Assembly (NCBI GenBank): GCA_964199315.1
Contig: OZ116702.1
Location: forward strand, 5,766,001-5,830,000
Length of the DNA: 64,000 nt
Source of the DNA: Orbicella franksi
Taxonomy: Eukaryota
Direction: 5' to 3'
The translations under genes and the position numbers were made by a program. Below the pieces are notes generated by a model. It saw only the letters and a program-made list of their open reading frames with translations, was not told the origin of the DNA and did not search any database. Shown here in pieces: positions 36,308-48,806 of this stretch. Numbering within the stretch: the stretch's first letter is position 1; every line of letters begins with the position of its first letter.

Positions 36308-39300
36308 TTAAAAATGAACGTATTTAACTCTACAAATTGCGATTTAAAATAGTCAAAGTTATTTTGGCAGTTGGGACGCGTTTTAGTGGCCGTTGTCGTT
36401 GTAGAGAAGTTAAAATAAGAGTAAATGTATGGACCATCCGTCGGGACGAAAAAAAGGGGCCGTTGTACAGAGGTGGCCATTGTAGAGAGATGGCCGTTGC
36501 AGGCAGGTGGTCGTTAGTGGAAGTTCGACTGTAATGTACAGCTCAAAGGTGAGAAAAAAAAAAAAAAAATTTCACGCCCCTGCAAATTATCCAACCCCTC
36601 CCTCTTCTCTCAAAAAATAATGGTCCGTCCCTGATAATTTGCATCGAGCATTTTCATCCACACTACTCAATCTAAGGCTACGTAATGTTCATGGATAATT
36701 TTTGTTCGAAATTGAACGCGTGTGAATTTTTTTTGATATTAGTGTTTGATAAAATTAGGACAATGTGGTATTGGCTTTTGGTGGGAACTGCGCATGCATC
36801 GAACATTCAACCGCTATGTCGGCGGAGCCGCCTGTCCTGCTGGAAGATGCTCGAGTTGAGAGACCAGACAAGAAAAAGAAAAACAAGATGTAAAATGAAA
36901 CTAAATGAAATGAAAGAAAACGAAACGAGACGAAACAGAAAATTAAAATACCTAAGAAAATGAAACAGTGTTGTGAGATGAAATCTTTGATATATTTGAC
37001 CCTTACGTGACGAGACGTCGAAATTCCATCAGGAAACGGAAGAAGACGTTTACAAACCCTTGTAAGACCATCCGCGGTTTATATGGGTCTTGTTTTGTCC
37101 GTCAAAAATAGACCACCCGCGGTGAAACCGAACTACCCAGTTGTTTCCGAGGCCTCTTTATAAATCGGCGTGTGAAAAAAAGGCAAAGAATACCGGACGA
37201 TGATTCAATACGGTACTTTAATTAATTTTCCTTAAATACATACATTAACGAAATAACTTTTCTGAAGCTTTCCATTATTCGTAAATGACACTTTCTCAAC
37301 GTCACACACCCTTCAGACTAAATGTCTATATGGGGCAGACGGAGGGACTATCTTTGCGAGTTGAAAATCATGTCATGAAAACCACTGGTGGAAAGGTCCT
37401 AATTTCAAATTTTCTCTGATGTTGTTTATCGTGATGTGTATCACGGTATGTTTTCAAGGTAAGCCACATACAAGGGCCTCTTATAATGCCCACACATAAA
37501 TAAACAACTTGGAATGATATTGCTTCCTCTTGTGTGCAAAGATGAAGTTGGGCCGACGCCTTGCTAGCTGGATTCCATTACCTTTCAATGTCTGTTTAAA
37601 TTTCACCATCGCTGCAAGGGATTGTATAACATTAAGCAATAAACAGCAAACTGAATCTTCAGAAAGAGAAGGAGAAGCCAAAGAAGATGAGAAGTAAGCT
37701 GAAAAAAATGACAAACTAGTCAAATGAGTCACTCAACTCTTAATCATGGTCTCATGGTTAAATAAAACTCTTATTATCTTAGGCTGCACCACGCGTCATA
37801 CGTTTCTCTCACTAGGTGTGCCTTGTCAGAGGCCATATTGGCTATCTAGTGCTGGCGAACGAAAGAATTCAGCGCACATTTCCGGCGTATATGTAAGAGC
37901 AGTAATGTTTGATCAGTCTACTCACACTCTACTTAAGGAGTGTGATTACAGTGTAAGTGACGACCAAGAGACGAGTAGTCGACAAAGGTCCCCACCCTGG
38001 CAAAGATTTACTCCTAAATGTCTCGAAACAGATGAACTTTTCTGAGTTTTTCACTGACTGCTTTTAATGCACTTACTGACCTATCTCCCGGAATGGGAAA
38101 GAAAGGTCTGGTATGCTATATCGATTAAATAATTCACTCGCAATGGATCAGTGGAAAAACCCTCGGTTTGCGATTTGCAAGCTTTTCAAGTGGTCATCCA
38201 AGATTCTAAGAGCCCGTAGATTAAAGAAATGCGTGGTAAGTGACGCTTTTGTAAAAAATGTATATACTGTATCTCCCTTTTATATTGGGAGATATTCACG
38301 CGACGACACGAACACCAAGAATTATTTTACACTGAATGAGCCCAAGTTTTCCGTGAGCGAATATAATATAATACTGATAAAAGCGTAGGCGACTAACGTA
38401 ATTGTTTCAAAACACATTCTGAAGGCTAGCATTCCACTGAAAACTACATTTCATGTATTTGCAGCAAAAAAATCAAGTTTCCCTTTCAATAGCATCGCAA
38501 TTGCTACCGTGCTCTATCAGTGAATAGTCTACACTTGGAGAACCAATCAGAAGAACGGATTGCAAAATATTCCACCTGGAATAATATTCGTTCATGTAGA
38601 ATGATTCTGTCCAAATTCAAGCAAAACATTGAGATAAGTCAAATGAAGCTAAATGAGTACCGTAGAAAAATTTAAAACACCTGCTGATTGAAAGTGATTA
38701 TAGTCAAATTAAATTCGTGTCTGAATTAAGTATGAATTCATTGTATGGGGTTTTGAATTGAAAGAGTCCTTTCATACATGATAGAATTGCCTTGACTAAT
38801 CTCGAATAATTTGTAAGTAAAAAAAATGAAGAATTATTTAAAGATCAGCACTTTGGTGAAAATTCATACTTTGAGAGATACCCACGCTTTGTTTTTACTT
38901 GCCAGTGCGCTTTTATAATTATCTGGGGCATCACATTGGAAATTTACTGAACTGGCGTAGTCTTGTAAAACTACTGAAGTTACATGAACTCGATAACGCG
39001 AATATAAGTTGAGTGAAAAAAATCGATCTAACATGTTCAAGTTCTCCAGGTTTCATAGCTTTCGTCGCCGGGGATTGTATGTTCTGAGGCTCCAATTTTC
39101 TGAAGAGATTTCTTTCGTGAAGCGAGAAAATGTAAATAGAATCCACGGAAAGCTGATTTTCCTCGTATTTCGCAGGACATGTGCTTGGAAAATCTCCGCG
39201 ATCTTCTATTATTAGTTTTAATCCACAACATACTGCGTTTCTTCAAGGCAGAGCAGGGGTTTACACACCGTTAGCAACAATATCTTTATCTTCCATAAAC

Positions 39301-39520
39301 CACAACATGTGTGTGGTATTCAAAAATGTCGGTCCAATATAACTAGGTCGGATAATGAATTGCGGTGATTCACTATTATTCAAACATGCACGGCACGCGT
39401 GGGTCTACTAACAGGTACATGGAGAAGTTCATGTATCCTCCATTGTCCCTTCACAGCTACGTAGAATATTCTCGTCTTCATCACACAGTTTCAAACGGAG
39501 ATAGTTTGCAACATGTTATC

Positions 39521-39866
39521 AGGCCCCGTTCGCACTACGCCGTAGAAATTTGAAAACACAACAATCACCGGTCACTTCGCATTTTTGTTTTGAGGAAAAC
39601 TCGGGCAGGAAAATCGCGATGCCTGTTTTCAAAATGTTTTCAATCTCCGTTATGTAAATGTTTTCAACTTCCGTTTTCAAAATGTTTTCAATCTCCGTTT
39701 TCAAAATGTTTTCCGTCTACACCAAAACGCAAAGTCGGCGTTTTCAGATTCCTCCTGTTTGAAGAGCGTTTTCGAAAAGTTCCTGACGGATAAGTGTGGA
39801 CGATTTGCCCAAGCGTAGAAATAAAGCTACGTTTTCAAATTTCTTCGGCGTAGTGTGGACAGGCCG
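39521..39866. mobile_element. Harbinger-like MITE with internal tandem repeats
   Basis: GGCCCCGTTCGCACTACGCCG.AGAAATTTGAAAAC / GTTTTCAAATTTCTTCGGCGTAGTGTGGACAGGCC termini, with about three copies of ttttcaaaatgttttcaatctccg inside. Confidence 0.75.
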
Positions 39867-41130
39867 TTTAATCTTTGCACAATATCTTTCACCTGTACAC
39901 GAACTTATTTTTCAGGTGTTGTAAACTTCACTTTAGTGCTTTAAAAATGATTTGATGTTCTTTCTTAAAAGGAACAGCAATAACTTCCACATGAAATATA
40001 AATAGTCTTCGACAGGGAAAGAATTTTTTCCCCTTTACCTCTCCCATAAATCTAGACCGTCGTGTGAGCTAACTTGAAAACACGTGGATGCTGCCGGAAG
40101 TCAACCCGTTAACTTCCTTTCGTTCTGCTTGCGGGTTGGCCATTTCCGGCGAACGCCGTATTGCATACAAAGCATACCGTTTTTGTGACAACCAAGTCAT
40201 ATGATGTTCACGACTGGGAAATATAGCTTAACTTCCTCTGCCGGGTTGCTATTTTAGACGCTACTCTTTTCATGACTTCGACTTTAAAAGAGAAAGTAAC
40301 AAGATTCTTCAAAGCTATTTTGCAAAAATGTTTTTAGAAGTTTATTTTTTTCGTTGAGGTCACAACTTTGCTTATTTTTGCTAACAGTCGGAACGTGCTG
40401 CAAGACAATAAAATGTAATTTAACTGGCTTTTTAAACAGAAAGAGATATATTGCCTCTTCCGGAGGTAGATAACCAAGTTATTCTTTCAGCAGGACGTAA
40501 ACTGCTATTTTTAGATCCTGTTCCAAACAACCAATTAACATGTAAATTGCATTGTCACAAGTCGCGTGCAAAGAACTACGTACAGGAAATCTATCATAAT
40601 TGATGTGTTCAACAAGTTTACAAAAAAGAAAAAGTCCTGCTAACTACGAATTTTGATATCAGATTTCTAAATTTCACTTACCTGTCTTTAGAACTTACCC
40701 TAAACCCCGCCTTTTGTCAAAAGTTAACTTTGTTGCATGCAAGCTAAGGTCCATACACTGACATATTCGAAACATTTTTCAATGCACGCATGACAAAGCC
40801 GCTTCCGCTGATGCCAAATTACATGATTGAGTGAGCTTGGTTAAAATCTAGATTTGAATTTAATTAAATAGAAAGAGCTCTCCTTGAAAGCTGGGTTTGG
40901 TGATAATCAGACAACTCCCACATACGACATACTTTAGGAGTTAGAACATCACGTTAAAATGGCCTGCTATTTTGTATCTATTCTAGCCCACGAGAGCGGT
41001 ATCAAATTCACCTATAAAAAGGCTTGCAGCTGCAGGTTGGAAGCAATGCAGACATTTGGACAAGCAAGCAAGCAACCAGATAACGAAGAAAAAATTCTAA
41101 ATAGAACTTTTCAGACTATTTTCTTCCATA

Positions 41131-43291
41131 ATGCTCAGGATAACCATGGTAAGTTTTTTTGTGTGTGCAGAATTACTACAGAGGCCTACAGAATTAATGC
41201 AGGATTTAAAGCTACTATACTTTCACCACAATGTGCTTTTTAGAAACGCTTCCCAAAGTCACTCCACCTGCTGGAACACAGAAGTTCATTTCTAAATTAT
41301 TTGGCAGCAAAGTTTCTGTATTTACCTATGTAACATAAGATGACCAATTCATTGTTATTTCTTGACTTAGTACAATCATATTTTTTTTTGGTTTGTCAAC
41401 ATGTACCTCGTACAGAGAGAAACAAGATTGATGTTCTCTTTGCTTAGAATCAAGATCAAAATAGAAAATCGTAATTGCTTGCAGCCGTGACGTTTTCAAA
41501 TTGAGGTTTACAGAGAGTCTACATAAAGTATAAACAATGACTTACTGCCTTGCACTACTGGGCAAAAACAGTCAATAACTAGGGTTACAGTCAATAAGTC
41601 GAAACACGGCTCATGATATGATGATTGCGAGCTATGTGTAACGAACTTAAGTTTTCTTCCTGCCTAAGGTGAACATCATCGTAATCTAGTGAAAAAAACA
41701 CACGCATTTTAGATTAAATAACCGTTTAACTCTACTTCTTTGAGGCTTCATTGGTTGTTGGTTTGTGGGTTCATTATTTTCTTTCTTTGTTTCTTATTTC
41801 CTTTTTTCAATTTCTCGCTTCCTTCCGCCTTCTATCCTTCTTGCCTAATACTTTTACACTTATTAACTTACAGTTCATTTTTTTCTCTCTACAGAATACA
41901 GTTCTTCTAGTAATCTTCACTTTGGGCGTGAGTCGTTCAGCGGTTCTTAAATCAACAAAACATTCAACAACATCAGTTGACCCCGTTGTGGCCTGGAGAC
42001 TAGCCGATGTCCTCTCCGCACGACAGCGTCGTTCTCTTTTCACAGTCAACCCAAAGATAAGCAGTATTGCGGCCGGCGAACCTTCGTTTAAAATGGCTGT
42101 TCGACTGTTTGGCAAGACACAGAGTTTTCTTCAAATCGCTGCTGATGGGACAATTAACGGAACCTCGCGCTGTGCAAGTAAATACGGTAAGAGAGACTAG
42201 TCGTTTTTTTTGAATGAATACTGCAGTTTTATCAAATTGCCGTTATTTAATAACTCCTGGGCAGTTAAACGGACGCAAGATTCGGACAATAACACTACAG
42301 TACCCTTCAGTGCGATCGAGAAAAAGACTCGATAGTGGGGAAAGGGGGAGGGGGGGATTGGAAACTGTTGAAATTAGTGTTTATTTATATATGTTTCCTG
42401 TTCTTTCCCAAGGCACTTTTTAGCTGTTTACTCTTTACGCTTAAGTTCATCGTGGCCAGCGAAGGTTCTTGGTAAAATGAGAAAGACATTTCGGTTGTCA
42501 TAAACCACAACCTTACTTTTTGTCAAGAGCATTAAACTGTTTGTTACCTATCTTTACTCACTGCATTTTCTTTCCATTTCAGCCAAACTTGAGCTGCAGT
42601 CAATGGGAGGAGGACTCCAGCGTATTAAAGGAATTCATACTGGTCTTTATGTTGCGATGAACAGCGAAGGCAATTTATATTCCACAGTAAGTTCAAATTT
42701 TGCAGACATTGAAGAAAAAAAAAAACATTATGTCAGTCATAAGTAACAATTGACGTGAGCACTTGTACGGTATTTCAACAATTTAAATTGGAGGCAGCTT
42801 GGTCGAGTGGTTAGGGCGCCGAACTTGAAATCCGGAGGTAGCGGGTTCAAGTCCCGTTCTGACCACTAAGCTGGAGTTGTTTGTTGGTAGACCCTAGTTC
42901 AACTCCTCGATCATGCTTGTAAATAGTCAACTGGCCTACCTTCCGCAAGTTGGGAGTTTTAAGCCTGTTATATTTATTTGAAATGCTTCTTTCTTACAGT
43001 TTAAGCCTGTTTCTTGTAGCGGGGTAGTTTAAATGGAGATAAATATACGTAGTTTTTCTTCATCGTTATCTTTTTCATTTTTCACAGAATTCAACTAGTG
43101 ACGAAACCGTTTTCAGAGAGACAATGCAAAGCACTTCATTCCACACATTTGCCTCGGCGAAGTTCTACAGAACGACTCTATATGACACGTTTATATCGCT
43201 TGGACGAAATGGCAAAGCACGAAACGGAAAATATACCACAAGCGCGCAAAATAAAGTCAAATTCTTGATCCTCACAGCTGACAGCTGCTAG
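41131..43291 (+). CDS. FGF: Fibroblast growth factor A (secreted, about 205 aa)
   Basis: Micro-exon 41131-41148 (MLRITM, GTAAGT donor), then 41895-42186 (signal h-region, RQRR, VRLFGKTQSFLQIAADGTINGT), 42583-42686 (canonical 104-nt FGF middle exon, LYVAMNSEGNLYST) and 43088-43291 (DETVFRE..FHTFASAKF..FISLGRNGK..). The start exon is less certain than the rest. Confidence 0.88.
42790..43010 (+). mobile_element. tRNA-derived SINE in FGF A intron
   Basis: TGGTCGAGTGG A box and GGTTCAAGTCC B box, with the body shared with the copy at 19580. Confidence 0.8.
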
Positions 43292-44369
43292 GGAGCACCC
43301 GTGAATACTCTCATGTTGCCTAGCAACGTAATATAATTTGATTTTCTTAATCGCACTATCAAGACTATTTGTTCATTGTTTTATTCCCATCAAATGGGAA
43401 GCAAAATTAGTTCTATTTTAGACTTTTTTTGTAATAACGCATAGCCAAACAAATTTAGAATTTAAAAGGGAATACTTATGCATAAAAATGCTTGCAAAAT
43501 TCATATAGTCTTTTCATCTTCAAAATATGTAAATTAATAAGTTTTTCTGTAAAGAGCTAAAACATTTTGAAGGCTTAGTTAATAGCGCCATTTGTAAAAT
43601 GGTGATTGTTTTACTTTACATCTAAAGTATTAATTTTGGTGCCTTATTATTAAGGATGTATTAATGCCATTGATGTGTACCAGTATTATTTGAAATGCTG
43701 GAATGTCAGCGTCGGCTGTGTGTGTACAGATGTAAACTAAATGCAAATGTTAACGTGTGTACATTTTGTAAAGTAATGCTTGAGTGCCAAGAATAAAAGC
43801 TACTATTTAAAAGAAATGACTTCAGTAGTATTGTCTTCGGTATTAGCGATTCAGTTAATTTTGGGAGTATATAGGGCTAATTCATCAGTCAATTGAAGTT
43901 GTGCCCACCTCCTCCGGGCAACAGCCGGGCATTTGTTGACGTCTTAATCTCGGGAATGGGGCATTTGAAATTTTATTATTGCCCCGGGGACGGAAATTTG
44001 CCTCCCCCTTGGACAACTCCAGAATATTTGGCACCCTTGTGGTTTTGGTCCTTCCAGTTTGCTCTCACCCTGGGGGAATTAGAGTCACTTATTTGTCCCC
44101 CATCCAAGGGAATTTGCCATCTTTTTTGAAAACATGCTAATGCCTCTGGGTTAGATTATACGTGTACTATGGTCCAACTCGAGTTGAATTTCTGATCATT
44201 TGCCCAGTGATCATGATCATGAAACGATTACTCTACTCAGCTATCAGTTACGTTTTCTAATAACACACGTGACTAAATCTGGTGTTGTTTTCTGGATAGA
44301 ACAATTTGCCTTAAAAAGTAACTGGTGATCGCTCTGGCTCAAGACTCTCGAGCGTTGAACTTTGCCCTG

Positions 44370-44530
44370 GACCAATCAGAGCCTTGAGCGCCGTCTTGTT
44401 AACCAATCAAATAAAGACGAAAATTCGTTGCGACTTTAACAGCTGTTGCCGTTGGCATCGGTCTATACAAGTTCCTTATTGGCTTGAAACCAACACGACA
44501 CAACGGGTCTTAGAACTGGCTCCTTATAAA
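44370..44530 (+). promoter_or_regulatory. Candidate promoter (three CCAAT boxes + TATAAA), possibly for FGF B
   Basis: CCAAT at 44372 and 44403, ATTGG at 44478, TATAAA at 44525. A putative non-coding exon follows at 45493-45674. Confidence 0.4.
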
Positions 44531-47500
44531 TTTCAGTTAGCTATTTTTGGATAGTTTAGATGTTAGAAATATTTCGGACTTTTGTCCATCTGAGCACATC
44601 GAGCTCTTTTAGTATCAACAGAGAAACATTCTCTACAGATAATTTTTTCCTCTCTCTTGCCTTAGTTTTCATTTCCGCTTTATCGCTCGTTTCGTTTAAA
44701 CTATAATAAATGTTTACATTGACTGTCCGTTGGAGCTCCGTGACTGTATATTGTTATGCGAAGCCCCACGTGGTTAGCAAACATCGAACTGAACAAATGA
44801 CCAGTTTATAAATGAGAACAACGAACAGGAAAAAATGCGCTTTAACAAATGAAATTATTTGAGAAAGTGTGATTTAGGTCTCCAGCCAGGATTGTTGATT
44901 AAATTTCAATTACTCTAAAACACGCTGAGTGCTATTTTTGCTATTTTGCATTAGTCTTCAAGGTTTGTAGAAGCTAAATTAATCGGATCGGATGCAAAGT
45001 CAGTGCATTTCATGTGCAACGCGGTAAAAAAAGAAATGAAAATAAAAATAAACGAAATAAAGAAAACAAAATGTGCAACGCGGAAATGCTATTAAAAAAC
45101 ATAAACTTAGTTTCTGTCTACACAGCTTTTTGGTTGCTCTAAAGATTTCGTGTGGAGCGTTACAAACTCAACTTTAACGTGAATCGAAGCAATGAAGGAA
45201 TTTTCTCATTATATGGTCTTTTGGCAAAAGCAATCAAAAAACTTCATAAACAATGCGGCATTACCCCACCAATTTCAGTAAAAGCGATCAGAAATTAATT
45301 TGTTTTGGGGCAAATGTCAGGAAAAATTCACGAGCGGACTTAAGCTATTACGACCAGCCAATGGCTGCAGGCTTTGTTTGGGTGTTCCGCTTCAATTAAG
45401 AAAAGCTTTGAGTCAAAACACATCAAGGCACTTTGAAAAATAGCTCCAAACAATTGACATGTTTTAAATCCGTCATCTGTTGATTTCTTCAGCTCCGAGG
45501 GTGGCAGCTTGGCCGTAACACAACAACTGATCCTGTTGTTATTTTCAGGCCGGCACAGAAAAGTACTCCCTCAAGCATTTCACTCCAAGTGGCTCTTCTC
45601 TAGTTTGTCTGGCGGCCTGGAATCAGGCGGTTCGTCTGTAGACAGCAGGAGCCGATATTAGTCCTAAATCAAAGGTGAGAAAATCTGCATTGAACCTTTT
45701 CAAATAAATATGTATTTGTTTTAGTTTCCTGCATAAGAAATGCAACGCTGTTGGTACATATAAGTGTACTCACTTACTTACTCTTTTAACTACATTCAGT
45801 TGGTATCGTAGCCAATTTTTCATCAGCTCTGTGTAAAACGTGAATAAGATTGTTTACGCCTAGAAGCAAAGGGTGCAGTTTGATTCTATGAGTACATTAG
45901 CTAGCCAAGGAACAGCTTAACGCATTGAAATACAAACGGTGTATAAAACTTGATCGTATTTGAGAAAAAATGTATTTCATTTTTGCGAAATACTAAATGA
46001 ACACAAATGGGCAAAGCAAAATGCAACACTCGATTTTTGAAGATTTTATGATAATATGTTTTTGTAGGCATTTACTCAGCAAACTATATTTACATGAACC
46101 TTTTGCACAATTCTTGAGAGCCGATTAAGGATGGAATTGCATAGGAACGTCAATTCGAGCTAGGTGCCATTTCGCTTTTAAGACTCCTTTTGATGAAAGC
46201 AGTAAAAAAATTAATTAAGCTTAGAATTTCATTCGGCTTTTGAATCATCTAAAAAACATTTTTAGCCATCAATTGATGTCATGTCACAATTGGTCGGCGA
46301 GAAATTGAAGTATTTGATCTTATCTATTTGAGTTGTTCTTATCTATTCTAATTCATAAAAAATCTAACAGCTGTTATATTGGACGCTGAGATTAAATTCC
46401 CCTTTAATGGAAGACGTACCGTTCAATAAAAACTTTTGATAGCACACAGAGTGAACAGAATAGCATAATCTGGCTCCACTGTGGACCCGCGGAGCTTTGA
46501 TGTCTGGTAATCGATAGCAAGCGCCCTACATATCAATGAATTATATCTCGCAAGCTTGAATGACGGACGTTTACGGCCACACAAATTGCAAAACTTCAAT
46601 AATAAGCTACCCCCCCCCCCCGAAAAAAAACAAACAAAATAGACGCAACAGTACTTTCATGATGACGAGCTATTCTGAATATGTATCCATACGAATTATT
46701 TCGTTATAAGCCTCTTTTTTGGATACGTCGTTTTTTATCATTCAAAGACTTGCCGTGCTCATTTACGACTGTGGAACTTGTTTTATGTTTTATATGTCAT
46801 CGCGTTTAAAGAATTTTACCTCGTAGTATTGGCCCAGAATTTTCAGACATAACATTTCTTCGAAGCATAAGCCCAAACATTTTGGAAAAAAAAACAAACT
46901 TTCTTCCGAGAACATGTGCACCAAAAATGTAAACCCATCAAAAGTGCCTTTTGAACAAACTTAATTTTAGCCCTGGGCATATAACAGGCTTTTTCCGTAT
47001 CTCTTAATTGAAATTTTCAGACAATGATAGAAGTGGTGTCTAAATGACTGAGTGCGGTGGTTGAAAATGATGGAACTTGCTGGTTTAGGTATCAACAGAC
47101 TTAAAAAATAAATGCTAAGAGATCTAAATCCATTGGAAAATGTATTTGAGTTGAATAATATGGATGTTATTCAAAATTCGGTAGAACACAGTCAAATTCC
47201 TCAATGTAGCCCCGATTCTGAAATGTTGAAGTCGAAATATTACCAGGAATTTAACAATTAATATTGTCATGGCAACATGTAAAAATTAGATTTTTCTATG
47301 AAAACTGAAAAAATAACTAGCAAGTTTCTTGTCACTTGGTGAAATCCGAAAGCTCTTTAACACGTCAATATTAATGACAGAATCTCAAGAATAAGTTTTA
47401 AAATTACGTGTGTAACTACAGACATAAAAAAAGTTTAGATTTTACTGCCGATGAGGTTCTTAAGTTCAGTGTGACGTCAAGAGAACCGTGAGAAAAACAT

Positions 47501-48806
47501 TTCCTTGAGAGTATAATTTCAGTCTTAAGATACTTTGTATTTTGTTTTTTTTTAATCGAGTTTGTCTCCGATATCAAGCACCGGGCTGATTTAAGAAAGT
47601 TAGGGGACTAAAAAAAGTTTGTGTTTGTCTGTCATTGACCGCGAATAACATTGGCGAACGAAATTCAAATAATTATTCACCGAAATTAACTTTCTTTCAG
47701 ACTTTTCATTGGACTGAGTCGCCATATCGAACCTCAGAAACGAAATAATTTCTCGACAAGGCGTTAATTGTTGTGTGCCATTATTTTGGCCAAAGGATCA
47801 GTTGCCGTTGCAATTTGCATTGTAAAAGTTATAATTTTTATTTAAAACATGACCTTTTTCTTTGAGCATAACTCTGCTCAACCTCTTGTAGCTTCCATTC
47901 AACATTAAAATACAATTTCTTAAAATTGATCAACAATTTAGAAGTACAAGAAACTAATGCTTTCTTGCTCTTGAGCTCTCGAGTAGTGTCGTCAGAACAG
48001 TCATCGAAGAACTCAATTAATTATTGTCTTCAAGGTATTCAGTCACGTAGCGCTAACAGGAAAGGCCATGCAGTGAAAAGAGTTTGGCGAAAGCAAATCA
48101 TTTTCTGTGATTGCTTGAGCGCGTGCAATATACAAGTTATTATAGTGAAATGTGTTTTGTAGTTATCTATGCATTTCTCTGTCATCGGATGTATATTGCA
48201 ATTACTGAGCGATGACAACGCCAGAAGATTGTCAGCGACTCTTACATTTTATTTGTTCGATTTTAATAAACAAAATTTAAGTGAAACATGGCCAGAGTCA
48301 CGGATTATTTCTACAAGTCGCTGGCTGAATGTTTGTATTCATTAAAAAACGTCGTTATTTTGGGCTAGACTAAGATTTTCATTACACATTCAGCTACTGA
48401 TAGTGTGTTTGGACTAGCGCTCAAGGATATGCAGCTGATACAGTCATAATTTGATATTCGACGATTGAGACAAGGTTTTCGAAGATTTTAGCTATTACTT
48501 GGATTTTCTAATGTAGATCAGGAGCAATGCAACTTGTGACCTTGAAAAGAAATTATCATTTTGACCTGCTCATATATGCAAGCTTTTAAATGCAGATTAA
48601 TGAAAAAGGTAGTTGAAAGTGTCGACAGTTTTATTGTATTTCTGAGTGCCTGTTACTCAGCCATGTCTTCATCAACGTCATCGCAAAGTGTCGCAACACT
48701 TTGCGCACGTACCTTTCCGGTTAAAAGCAAATCTACTCGCTTAAGTGATGAAATTTTCTCTCTTAGCAGATAAAGCTGGGGTAGAGCTGTGTCGAGAGTT
48801 TTTGAA

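Noticed and set aside
37481-39553. Protein-coding gene among the short ORFs between mannosidase copy 2 and FGF A
   Set aside because: Short ORFs on both strands with frequent stops and no recognisable motif. A decayed gene cannot be excluded without a search.
39600-39760. CRISPR-like repeat array
   Set aside because: These are short internal tandem repeats of a MITE with no unique spacers, in eukaryotic context and with no cas genes.
48771-48773. Programmed stop-codon readthrough in FGF B
   Set aside because: TAA in a non-readthrough context directly after a strong splice acceptor; an intron/UTR explanation is simpler.
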